Assembly: GCA_030248215.1 (NCBI GenBank)
Contig: JASANG010003345.1
Coordinates: 1 to 64,000 of the forward strand
Reading direction: 5' to 3'
Length of the DNA stretch: 64,000 nucleotides
Source: Enoplolaimus lenunculus
Taxonomy: Eukaryota
Each line of letters starts with the position of its first letter. The stretch's first letter is position 1. Below the pieces are notes generated by a model. The model did no database searches, was not told the DNA's origin, and saw nothing but the letters and a program-made list of their open reading frames with translations. This document shows, piece by piece, positions 13,495 through 23,517 of this stretch. The translations under genes and the position numbers were made by a program.

Positions 13495-15532
13495 GTATTA
13501 TTATTATTATTATTATTGATATAAATTGTTATTATTGTTCCGTTAGGTGACCAAAATGAATGAAACGCTAGCAGCAGAAGTAGATCAGGCAAACATGTCT
13601 ACGTTGGCGACATCGAATTCAAATCTCGGCTGTGGTGGTTCTGGTCAAATCTCGTGGAGCGACGAAGAGTCACAGCTGCTTATCAAAGCAATGACGTTGT
13701 TTCCTGTGGGTACCAAAAGCCGGTAATCAATACGTCGTTCCCAATTTTTCCGACCGTACTTTAGATTTTGTACTAGTTCAGTTTGGTCGACGAGTGTACA
13801 ATTGTAAAATCACAACTTTTGCGCATGCAACAGTATGAATAACTGGTCCTACGTTCTAACAAGACAAGCTATGGCAATGTACTTCGTGCTGTTTTAAACG
13901 TAATAGAAGAAAGTACATTGTTTTCTAAAAATCGCAAAACATTTTTATATGATTTTTTGCTGAAAGTTAACTTGTAATTGACTTTCTTGTGCTTTTTATT
14001 GGTTTTAGCTGGGATGTGATAGCTATGTTTATCAATGAAAAAATAACGACTGATTCTAGTCGTAAGGCGAAAACCGGTAAAGACGTTGTGGCTCGTGTGA
14101 AACATTTGCAGAATATTGGTATGTTTGCTTTTTATTTGTAAGCAACAGGCTGTTAAGCCTTATCTTTAAACTGTGTACTGAAGCGAAATTATAGGTAGAA
14201 AGTGCAAGGCAGTGTTATAATTTGAAAATAGGTGAACCATGCCGTTAAACGTTTGGTTTATGCACACTAATGGTGTGCAAGTTACATTATCTATAAACAA
14301 GAAACAAGCTGTATTAATTGTCTGTTTAAGTAACACTAGCGGAATTTGCTAAATGTTTCGTGCCACTTAAAATCAAGGTTTGAATTTAGCAACACTTAAA
14401 AATATTCGTTATAATAATTAGCAGAATTTTTACTTGGCGTCTTTACAGTGCAGACAAAATGTGTGCTGTTAACCTTGTTTTTATTATGCATGTGAATTTT
14501 TGTTTTTTTTTGTTTTAAGAACAGGCAATCAACGAAGCCCCTTCTGCTAGGCTTGAAACAAATAAGCGACACGCAACAGTTGAGGCACCACCTGATGTTG
14601 TTAGCAATGGAAGTACGTCTAGAGAGTGCCCCTTTTTGGTAGCTAATATTTGTGATTAAGAACGTCTTCTGTAATTCTACGCTCGTATTCTCAACTGTGT
14701 GAAGAATCTGTCGTTATTAGCACATCTAATTACTAAAATTTAGTTACACTATTCGTAAAATTTTAAATCGTTTTTATCTAACTTAACCTCGATGACACCG
14801 TCCTTTTTGTTTTTGGATCTGTTTAGCTTCACTTATTGTTGTCCAAGATCCCTAGTGTCTAATATAATAACAGATGTAAAAGTATTACTAATTTATTCTT
14901 CTACCAAAGAATGATAGTAAGGTCAAATGGTATTCATGACAGAATGAAGTGTATTCGTAATTTTTAGTTTTTTATTCAGTCAACCGTTGTTGTTATTTAT
15001 ATTTTGTAGCATTGTGTTTAATTAACTTGAGGTTAACTTTACAGATGCGTCTGAAGAAATTGTTCACTGGTCTGCAAATGAGCAAAAGATTCTTGAACAG
15101 GCGCTGAAAACGTATTCTGCAGCTGAGTCTGAACGTTGGGAAAAGATCGCGTCATGCTTGCCTGGAAAAACAAAGAAAGATTGTATACGTCGATACAAGG
15201 TAAAACTAAGCAGATGAACATGCTTGTTTGTAGCTAGATATTTTGCAAGGTGTGACGGGATAAATACAAGAAAGCATATTCAAACAAGAAATACGAATGT
15301 TTGCAGGCAAGCAATAATAATACACGCATACTTTCAAATTCAATTTATTATCTTTTTTTCTTAGCTCATCAAATGCTGATGCGTTTTTGAGCGAAAATCA
15401 GTACAATGACATTTTTTCCCTTGTAACTTGTTTTAGGAGTTAGCTGAGTTGGTTCGGGCAAAGAAAGCTGCTCAAAAGCAAGTTGCAGAAGTAGCTGCTG
15501 CAAGCCAGCAAAAATCTGTCTGCAAAAGCTAA
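7556..15532 (+). CDS. DNAJC2: DnaJ homolog subfamily C member 2 (MPP11/zuotin-like J-protein with two SANT/Myb domains; nematode dnj-11-like)
   Basis: 18 GT-AG exons in consistent phase: 7556-7631, 8050-8208, 8415-8497, 9034-9109, 9494-9589, 9861-10008, 10284-10430, 10813-10904, 11181-11302, 11798-11866, 12108-12188, 12469-12557, 12925-12994, 13547-13722, 14009-14118, 14520-14612, 15045-15199, 15437-15532. Motifs include [56 protein letters not shown], and the SANT motifs [20 protein letters not shown] and [16 protein letters not shown]. Confidence 0.95.
13433..13517 (+). repeat. (ATT)n microsatellite in DNAJC2 intron 13
   Basis: Long ATT run with one interruption, ending about 30 nt before the acceptor at 13546. 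Confidence 0.95.
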
Positions 15533-16936
15533 CATATTTAATTATGTTAGATATTTGTCGTATTTTATTGGCATTGAAATTTTGGTCAATCTTTATTTGA
15601 GGGGCGTAACAGTGGTATAAGCATATTCCTAAGTTTAAGCGTTTAGGCCTCAGCGTTAGGTTAAGTCTAACTAGGCGTAAGCATAAGCAAAAAATAGTGT
15701 AAAGCTTATGCTTACTCTATTATAATCCTACGAAATATTTCGTTTTCCAAACTAACATAGGCCAGAATTTGTATGCCAGTTTTAGCGCACGGTGCTTTTA
15801 GGACCGTCCCGTTTTCTGGTTGTACTGCAAAGGAGTACGGTTAGATTTTTTATTATATTTTTACATAGGCTAATTTTATACTTTTTGAATGCTTAGACTT
15901 AGAAATATGCTTAATCTACTGTTGCGGCTCTGAAAGTAGCATTGGCCTCGATTTTAATAAGTATTGTTTTCCAAAACACGTTTTGGGAGTTCAAAGTTTT
16001 TGCAGCTGGAAACTTTGTAAAACTATTAGATACATATTAACGCTATTGTGTGTTCATATATTTGCATTCTTTTATCTTGTTTTTGTACAAGGACAGTGTT
16101 GGTTTTTAGTATTATTAAAACTGCGGTTCATACATTGCCACTTAAGCTTACTGCTTACCGTTAACGTGTATTATAAGTTTAAGCGAGCAGGGGTTGTTAT
16201 GTTCGAACAGTAAAAAACGTGGAGACTGAAATGTGTATTAAATTGTGGTTCATGGTTTAAAGTAGCTTATATAGCTTCACACTCTTGTTACATCTGAAAA
16301 TCCTTGTTTAGGAGAGTTATCTCTGTTTTTATGACTGATGTTATTTCTAACATGCATTTTTGTTACAGATTTAGACAGTAAAAGTTTGTTGTTTTGCTAT
16401 TGATGTGTTGGAAATGTTTCGAGCGGTGCGTATTGTTTTATAGCGCATTTATGAGTTTATACTATGCTGCAGTGCGATTTGTACCAAAAGCTACTTGCCA
16501 AGGCAATGGCAATTAAAAACTCGTCTGGCAATACTCATCTGATATGAGAACCACAAGACTTAGTTGTGATATTGTACGAAAAAAGTTGAGGTGCCAGGGC
16601 TCTGAAACCTTGCGACACCCCCATTCAGATTTTTTGCGGACGCCCTGGTCGTGTTTGTGACGTTTAATAAAAACTAGGTGTGTTGCAAAACTCACAGTTG
16701 CAGGGTATAACCGGATACCTGTTTTCGGTAAAATTCGGTGTCAGTTTACGTTATCGAAATAACGGAACTTCTGTTATTTTTATGTTCAAAATTAGTTATA
16801 AAGGTAAATACCTCGCAATTGTTTGAAACGAAGTAAAAATTATGAAATTCATCCGAAATCTTAAAAATTGCGGCCCATGTAAAGATCAGGGACAGAATAT
16901 TTTTCTGCGGGACAAGAAAAGAGTACCTAAGCTTAA

Positions 16937-17199
16937 CCCTTTCTCGCATGAATATTTTCTATTTCCCCCGAGACCTACTATTATGCTAGGATTCGAACTC
17001 CAGTGACTGGAGTGGGAGGCGTATACCATACCCACACAGCTATAGGAGCTTGACGCTCGAGCCCGAGGGGGCTCTCACGTCTTGTGGTGATTTGGTACTA
17101 TGTATACGTGTTGCAATTGTTAAACACGGTGCGATATATATTATTTACCGTATATACACTGCGCTGAGTTGCCTATAGGCAACTCAATGTGTGAAGGAG
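16937..17199. mobile_element. piggyBac-like non-autonomous insert inside a family T MITE
   Basis: TTAA|CCCTTTCTCGCAT...ATGTGTGAAGGAG|TTAA. It splits the family T motif AAGCTTAA-GCTTTAGACT. Confidence 0.6.
16986..17049 (-). pseudogene. Degenerate tRNA-derived (SINE-head-like) sequence
   Basis: The minus strand reads GCTCCTATAGCTGTGTGGGTATGGTATACGCCTCCCACTCCAGTCACTGGAGTTCGAATCCTAG, with an A-box-like start and a B-box GTTCGAATCC. A more decayed relative lies at about 44071-44135 (+). No intact cloverleaf is visible. Confidence 0.5.
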
Positions 17200-17646
17200 T
17201 TAAGCTTTAGACTAAATTTTTTTGCTTGGCTTAGGCTTAGGAATATGCTCATTCTTATGCTTAAGGTTATGAATATTCTTATAATGCTGTTCCGCACCTG
17301 TTCTTTATATTGGCAAAAATTTCAATGCATCCGCCATCTTTTCTTTCGAATTTTTAAAAAAACCGGTAAATATATGCACGCGTCAATTGTGTTGGCAGAA
17401 AAATAGAACATTTTTGAAACTTTAACATTTCAATATCGTTTTTCGTTTCCGTTATTTTTAACACTATCCGTTTTCGTTATTTTTACTATCCGTTTACACC
17501 CTGCACAGTTGCAGCCTAGCATCATATTTGCATAATATGGTTTGTGCTTATCTATATTATATATTAAAGGTAGTCTGGCTCGTTACAGCGAGCAATTTAG
17601 TTGAATGATTTTTCAGGTCACTACTATCGTTTATTTATTAGTAGAA

Positions 17647-18069
17647 ATGGATCAGTTTATGGGTAAATGGGTTGGTTTCAAAGACGAAAATTTCGGAGAG
17701 TACTTGTCGCAGAAAGGTGTTAACTGGATGCTGAGACAAATTATCACTAGAGCAAGTATTGAAAAAAGTTTTTCGAAACTCGATGATGTAACATATCGTT
17801 TGACAAACGTTGCTCCAATGAAAAGTTCAACTTGGGATGTTGAATTGAACAAAGAATATCAGCTCAGCGGATTGGAGTACGGCGGAAAAGAACATACGGT
17901 TAAGATTGAATTTGATGAGAGCAACTCATCGCTTAAAGAAATGCATATCCCTCCAGGTCAGACGGAATTTGACGTGTACAAATATACGATTGATTCAAAT
18001 GGGAATATGGTGATGGAAATGACCGCAGGTGGTGTCGTTGCAAAAAGATATTTCAACAAGACTGGTTAA
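17647..18069 (+). CDS. Fatty-acid/lipid-binding protein (FABP/iLBP family, nematode lbp-like), single coding exon
   Basis: 140 aa: MDQFMGKWVGFKDENFGEYLSQKGVNWMLR...EMTAGGVVAKRYFNKTG. It has the N-terminal GxW..ENFxEY motif and the C-terminal RxF/Y motif of iLBPs. A TTTTCAG acceptor about 30 nt upstream supports the ATG at 17647 over the track start at 17605. Confidence 0.9.
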   Translation: MDQFMGKWVGFKDENFGEYLSQKGVNWMLRQIITRASIEKSFSKLDDVTYRLTNVAPMKSSTWDVELNKEYQLSGLEYGGKEHTVKIEFDESNSSLKEMHIPPGQTEFDVYKYTIDSNGNMVMEMTAGGVVAKRYFNKTG

Positions 18070-18174
18070 TGTGATTTTTTTAATTGTTTGAAACTTAAGT
18101 TTAAAAACTCACCTACATAAGTACAGCCGAATTTAAATGTGGTTGAAAGTTGTATATTTCGCTTTACTAGCGTA

Positions 18175-18374
18175 CACTGCATAAAATGGTGAGTCAAATT
18201 GACTCTCTCCGAAATAGGCTTTTCCTGACTACACAAACTGAGTCAAAATTCGACTCCGCCTGTGTCAAATTGAATTGAATTAGACTCTGGCGGAGTCGAA
18301 TTTTGACTCAGTTTGTGTAGTCAGGAAAAGCCTATTTCGGAGAGAGTCAATTTGAGTCAGCATTTCTTCCAGTG
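18175..18374. mobile_element. Foldback MITE (near-perfect hairpin, CACTG...CAGTG, TA flanks)
   Basis: The arm TCAAATTGACTCTCTCCGAAATAGGCTTTTCCTGACTACACAAACTGAGTCAAAATTCGACTCCGCC is mirrored exactly on the other side of a loop of about 28 nt. Confidence 0.9.
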
Positions 18375-18860
18375 TATATATTTCAAAATCTGAGACCGGG
18401 GCTTTTGTTCACGTCCGATTGGCTTGAGTGGGAAGCGACAAATATTTGTCGGTCTGTAATAGCATAAAATGTTTACAACTGCTAATGTGCGTATGCCTTG
18501 CCTATAAAATATTTGTTTCAGGGGCTAATTTGCAGCAGAATATTCATATATAAAGATGAAGACGGTGTTTTGATACTGGCCGTGATTACCGAGAGGCTAC
18601 TATATACATTAAGTATTTTAAAGAAACATGCTGTTGAAAGAAACGTGAGGGACGTACCGAGAGGGTCATTGGCATTTAGACGGCCACACTAATTTAAATT
18701 CACTTTCGAATGCTGCATCCGTTTCTTAGCAGATTTATCGTTAACGATTTAACAATTTTATTTTAAGAGCCAATTAGTTTGTGCCGGATTCGTATAATTC
18801 GAATGACTAGACACACCACTGTTCATTGCAACGTACCTAAGTAGGCATGTTGGCTACGTC

Positions 18861-19860
18861 CAGTGGCGTACCGAGAAATTTGAATTGGGGGCTGCATCCG
18901 TCGAGGTCCGTGCCTTGGGTTTCCACTTAAAGGTGAACTTAGAACCCTTTAGCAGAGAGCCATCTAGTTTTTTGTCATGATATTTGAGATGAGATTGGTC
19001 ACGCTTTCCTAGTCAGCTCCGGTACACTTTTAGAGTTCTTTTTAGGTTACCTAAATTTTTAGCGTACTGCTGGGTAGCTGAGCTAGGTTGAATTGTTCGT
19101 TACGTGAACAAAATTTGAAAAAATATCGCGAAGTACCTTAACTCTGGTGCACAACTTCATTGTAAAGTCTGTGGGCGTATTTTTGTCTTGGAGTTACAAC
19201 AGAGTGTAAGAACCAAGGTCTCTACTTGGGACTCAACATTTTTTGTTAAAAAGTTTCAAAAATTATATACCATTCGAAGCAGCCTGCGGACCTGAGTCCA
19301 ATTGCGCTAAATTTTCCGCATTCAAAAATCTGGTTAACAAGTTACGGTCAAATAACTGATTTGGCGCCGTCTCAAATCGTTGGCAGCGTGCCAAATCAGT
19401 TATTGGACTGGAATTCGTTAGCCAGACGTTTGATGTCGAAAATTTTACGCAACTGGACTCGGTATTGCAGGCTGCGTCGAATGGTATATAATTTGTCTAA
19501 TTTTTTTACATAAAAAATTTTGGGTCGCAACTGGGGACCTTGGTCCTTGATACTTTAAAAAACGAAATTTTTCAAAAAATCTAATTAGATCGTGAAATGA
19601 CTAGAAAAGGTTATGAGAAGCTCAAATATGTAACAATTTTTAAAATGCGGCCATTTTTGGCAAACGCCGGCTTGGGAAAACAGGAAAGACCCAAAAAAAT
19701 GAGCATGAGCTTTTCGTTAAGTATTTAAAATCACTTCCCCTGTCTGTAACAGCCTCGGGCGAAACGAGCCAGAAACTAGGCGTAATTTTTGTATCTAATA
19801 TAGACACACGAACTGATTCCGATTGGGGTGGCGCGGCTGTCTTTGGTTCGTACACCCCTG
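18861..19860. mobile_element. hAT-type element (CAGTGGCGTAC...GTACACCCCTG) containing a long palindromic insert
   Basis: Exact 8-bp TSD GCTACGTC. An internal imperfect palindrome spans about 19200-19556 and has a homologue at about 26830-27075. Confidence 0.8.
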
Positions 19861-19952
19861 GCTACGTCTCTTATTGTTTTCATTCCATTGAATAATTAAA
19901 TTGCAATATTTGGCTTGTTCACTGTTTAGAATTTGTTCAGTATTTTAATATT

Positions 19953-20134
19953 GGCCAGTGTTACGTTTAGGGTCGTAAACAGTAGATTAAGCACATTCCT
20001 ACACCTTAGCGTTGAAAACAGTGTATTCCTAAGCCTAAGCCAATCCCTAACATAACTAAAAATGTCTGAGAGTATAAGACTGCCCTTTTACAGACCCACC
20101 AGAAACCGTGACGGCACTAAATGTAACACGGGTC
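19953..20134 (-). mobile_element. Family T MITE, second TIR subtype (GGCCAGTGTTAC...)
   Basis: GGCCAGTGTTACGTTTAGGGTCGT...ACGGCACTAAATGTAACACGGGTC with internal CCTAAGCCTAAGC. Flanks TTAATATT/GTAATGTT. Related copies lie at about 6000-6200, 15787-15947 and 23817-23940. Confidence 0.7.
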
Positions 20135-20696
20135 GTAATGTTTGTCGTATAATGCTCATTTTTTGTTTAAGAAATAGTAATTGAGAGTGTGTAGGTCAGG
20201 CATCTAAATGCTAAATATTATGGAGTGTCTTATTTTAAAAGTACGTTTCAACGTTTTTGCGTAATGTCGTATTAAATGATGTTCCGAACTATGCATCGGT
20301 AATTTCTTGTTAGCGGAGAATGAAACGATAAAACTGAATTATTTGCCTGAAAATGTTCGGCGGTAGCTCTTTGTTTAGATTTTAAAATGTTTTGTTTGAA
20401 TCCATGTCGCATATATTTTATTGAATTGTTTCCATTCAATTTGTGATAATTTTTAATGATTGTTGCTATTTTTTATTTTTCACAATAAATTTCTTACAGT
20501 TTGTTTTGTGTTTACGTGCAAACAATGTAAATTGAGAGTTTATGGACTTAAGTAATCGGACTGTTCGGGAGCAATAGAAATAACTTTTGATTCTGTAGTG
20601 GATGGGTGGTGAAAGCGCACAGGCCATCGCTGTTTAAAGGAATAGCGGACAATCGTTATGGTTTTCTTAGTCCTCTCAGTTCGGTATTGCAATCCT

Positions 20697-20855
20697 GGGC
20701 CATGTAAACATCAGGGGCGGAACGTTTTTCTTTGGGGCTAGAAAAGAGTAAGCTTTAGACTATTTTTTGCTTGGCTTAGGATTAGGAATAAGCTTATTCT
20801 TAAGGCTTAGGAATATGCTTATAATATTGTTGCACCCCTGATCTTTACATTTTCC
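20697..20855 (+). mobile_element. Family T MITE copy
   Basis: GGGCCATGTAAACATCAGGGGCGGAAC...GTTGCACCCCTGATCTTTACAT with GGCTTAGG inside. An inverted copy lies at about 21145-21307, just upstream of MRPL18. Confidence 0.75.
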
Positions 20856-21443
20856 GTATTCCTTTAATATTTAACACTTTATAGACCGATTTTATTACTT
20901 TAACGCTCCCAAATACCTCAGTAACGCCGAATCAAATACTGTCTAATTGAAGTGGCATATCACAATCACAGCACCGCATTGGAAATATTGCTTGGGTCGC
21001 GGCGAATCTCGCTTCTTGTGTCTTACAATGCGCCTACGATGTAGTGACCAACAGTACAAATAGCGTATACAGGTGAACAGTGGTCCAATAATTGGTTGAC
21101 ATTTGGAATTGTATCAAAAATGCATATTGAATGACAAAATAGCCGTCTGATTGGCGGAACAGTTGTATAAGCATATTCCTAAAAATAAGCCAAAGCATAA
21201 GAATGAGCTTACGCCTACGCCTAAGCCTGGTAAATATATTCTAACACTTGAGCTTGCCCTTTTCCAGCCCACAGAAAAACGTTCCGCCGCTGATCTTTGC
21301 ATGGGCCAGCATTTTGAATGGTGCCATTTGAACCCAAAAAACGTGCAAAATATGTTTTATTTTTGGCACCACGGTTTCTTAGAATGTTTTGTATTGTTTA
21401 GTTGACTGTGCATAAATAAAACAGTAAATTATTACTGATCGTA

Positions 21444-21995
21444 ATGACTTCAAAAGCATCGTGTTCAAAGGCGCCTCCCCTTCTCAAGGCAATTGTCAAT
21501 CGAAATCCGCGTAATTTGGACAAACTTCTACTATCGCATCGATCAACTGGGTACGAACTGTACAGTAATCGATTTCAACACGCGTTTACTTATAAAGTGA
21601 TATTCAACGCGACTTCAGATTTGAACTGTGGTTTACAAGCGTCACTTATTCATCACAAAGACGGAGTTGTGTTCAGCACTCGGTCATCTGAATGGCATTT
21701 AGCGAAACAGTTGTATGGGTTAAGGGATACGTGCGCTGCGCAAAATTTGGGCCGTCTTCATGCTAGACGCTGCCTTCAGGCCGGGATTCATTTTGCGGCC
21801 AAGGGTTACTCAGATGAAGACATGGACCGGTCTCAACGGCTCAAAGCGTTTCATGATGCTCTAGTAGAAGGAGGGTTGGCGATGGAAGAACCAGAGCAAG
21901 TACGCCTGCTGCCGTTGTGGGATTATGAACCGGTGGATTATAAAAGACGGCTTGAAGATGATTTTGATACCAATGAGAAAGAACCAAAAAAATGA
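21444..21995 (+). CDS. MRPL18: Mitochondrial ribosomal protein L18 (uL18m), single coding exon
   Basis: 183-aa ORF with NRNPRNL, SSEWHLAKQLYGLRDTCAAQNLGRLHARRCLQAGI and EGGLAMEEP, motifs typical of metazoan MRPL18. Confidence 0.88.
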   Translation: MTSKASCSKAPPLLKAIVNRNPRNLDKLLLSHRSTGYELYSNRFQHAFTYKVIFNATSDLNCGLQASLIHHKDGVVFSTRSSEWHLAKQLYGLRDTCAAQNLGRLHARRCLQAGIHFAAKGYSDEDMDRSQRLKAFHDALVEGGLAMEEPEQVRLLPLWDYEPVDYKRRLEDDFDTNEKEPKK

Positions 21996-22396
21996 AGAAA
22001 ATTAAATGGTTTTTGAATTTTTGGAGCGTTATGATGTTTGGTGTGGTGATTGCGCTGACTATAGCGAGTAGATAGATATACCGAGTACCAATTGGTCTGT
22101 TAAATAAATAGGAAGCTTGTGAAACGTACTTATAATTTCTGAAGTTGTTAATAAAGAAATATATGATTATGAAGAAAGTCGCTTTAGACACTAAATATAT
22201 GCAGTAACGTTAATGCTACTGGATTGTCTGGGTTCTTGTCAACTCCCCTCAAAGTCAAGCCTAAGCCTAAATTATAAACTAAAATAAAGTTAAGCCTAGT
22301 GTGATCCTGGAAATAAGTTATTTCAAAATCTGAAGATTTTTTAACTGTGGGATAGTGTATAGGAATCGCTGTTTGTTACAACCGCAATTTTACGTA

Positions 22397-23517
22397 CTGT
22401 AGTGACCCGAATAAAAGGGGACTGATATATATTTGGCTTCTCCAGAGGTGTCCCCTTGTTATTCGGTTATTGACTGTTATTTATTTTTAACCCGCCCTTC
22501 GTTACTGATATATATTCGGTATTGCAACTACTATCCGTTGAATAAAACGTTTATTTGTCTTGTATCAAAACCTTGAGCGGTAATGCAAGATACTTAGGAA
22601 TGTACCTACTTTCCAGAGTGCGACCGGAGATCAAAAATACCGGAGCCGGAGGTCAACGAAACTTGCCGAAACCGCAGCCGGAGGTCAGGCGAAATTAGGT
22701 GATGGTTAACTAGCAGGATACAACCGGAGGTCTGCCTCCGGCTCCTGCTCCGGCCCAAAATCGGCCTCCGGCTCCGGTAGAATTTTTGCCGGAGGTTCCG
22801 GCAATTTTGGTAGCAAAATTTTGCATAATTTTTCAAAATTTATCTGTTTAGCGAGTTTCGTTTTACGTTTGGTACAATTTTCAGAAAAGAATTTGTGAAA
22901 TTTCGCAGAAAATTAGCGTAAAAGCAAACAACATATTGCAGATATTGGCTAAAATGACTAATTGATCATCATTTTTACAACCTAATTTCGCCTCACCTCC
23001 GGCTCCGGCAAGTTTCGTTGACGTACGGCTCTGGCATTTTTCACCTCCGGTTGCACCCTGCTTTTTAGCGCGTTTCGTTTTACATTTGTCACAATTTTCA
23101 GGAAAGAAATTCTGAAATTTCGCTGAAAAGCGTTAAACCAAACAACTTAACAACATATTGCAGAAATTGGGTAAAATTAACTAATTAACCATTATTTTTA
23201 CTACCTAATTTCTCCTCACCTCCGGCTATGGCTCCGGCTCTGGCATGTTTTGTTAACCTCCGGCTTCGAAATTTTCACACCCGGTTTCACACTGCCTACT
23301 ACTTTCAAGACTATGCTTTAAAGTTTCGAACTCAACTGTAATTGGTGCTAGAGCCGTTTACGCATAACAATTTGGATAAACTGACATTAATGGACTCTAA
23401 ATTACGGATTAGGGACTATCCGCTTACGGACTCTTATTTGGGATACAGACTCCTATTGTTTGGAACTCAAAATGTGGACCCCCTCTTATTACCCCACAAC
23501 CTCTTATTCGGGTCACG
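22397..23517 (+). mobile_element. MITE family A copy interrupted by hAT-type MITE sequence (about 22614-23294)
   Basis: The family A 5' part (22397-22605) and 3' part (23300-23517) are colinear with 3325-3764. They are separated by CAG(A/G)GTGCGACCGGAG...CCGGTTGCACCCTG-type sequence. Confidence 0.8.

Larger units (their letters stand above)
16701..17503 (+). mobile_element. hAT-type MITE (CAGGGT...ACCCTG) carrying nested insertions
   Basis: Exact 8-bp TSD CACAGTTG on both sides. The same terminal family occurs at about 42-168, 2232-2639, 7829-8008 and 24089-24362. Confidence 0.85.

Noticed and set aside
16986..17049. Functional tRNA gene
   Set aside because: The acceptor and D stems do not pair properly. 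I kept it only as a tRNA-derived relic.
5141..21995. Nematode-style operon of four + strand genes
   Set aside because: The intergenic gaps are 2-3.4 kb and filled with MITEs. Shared strand alone is not evidence.
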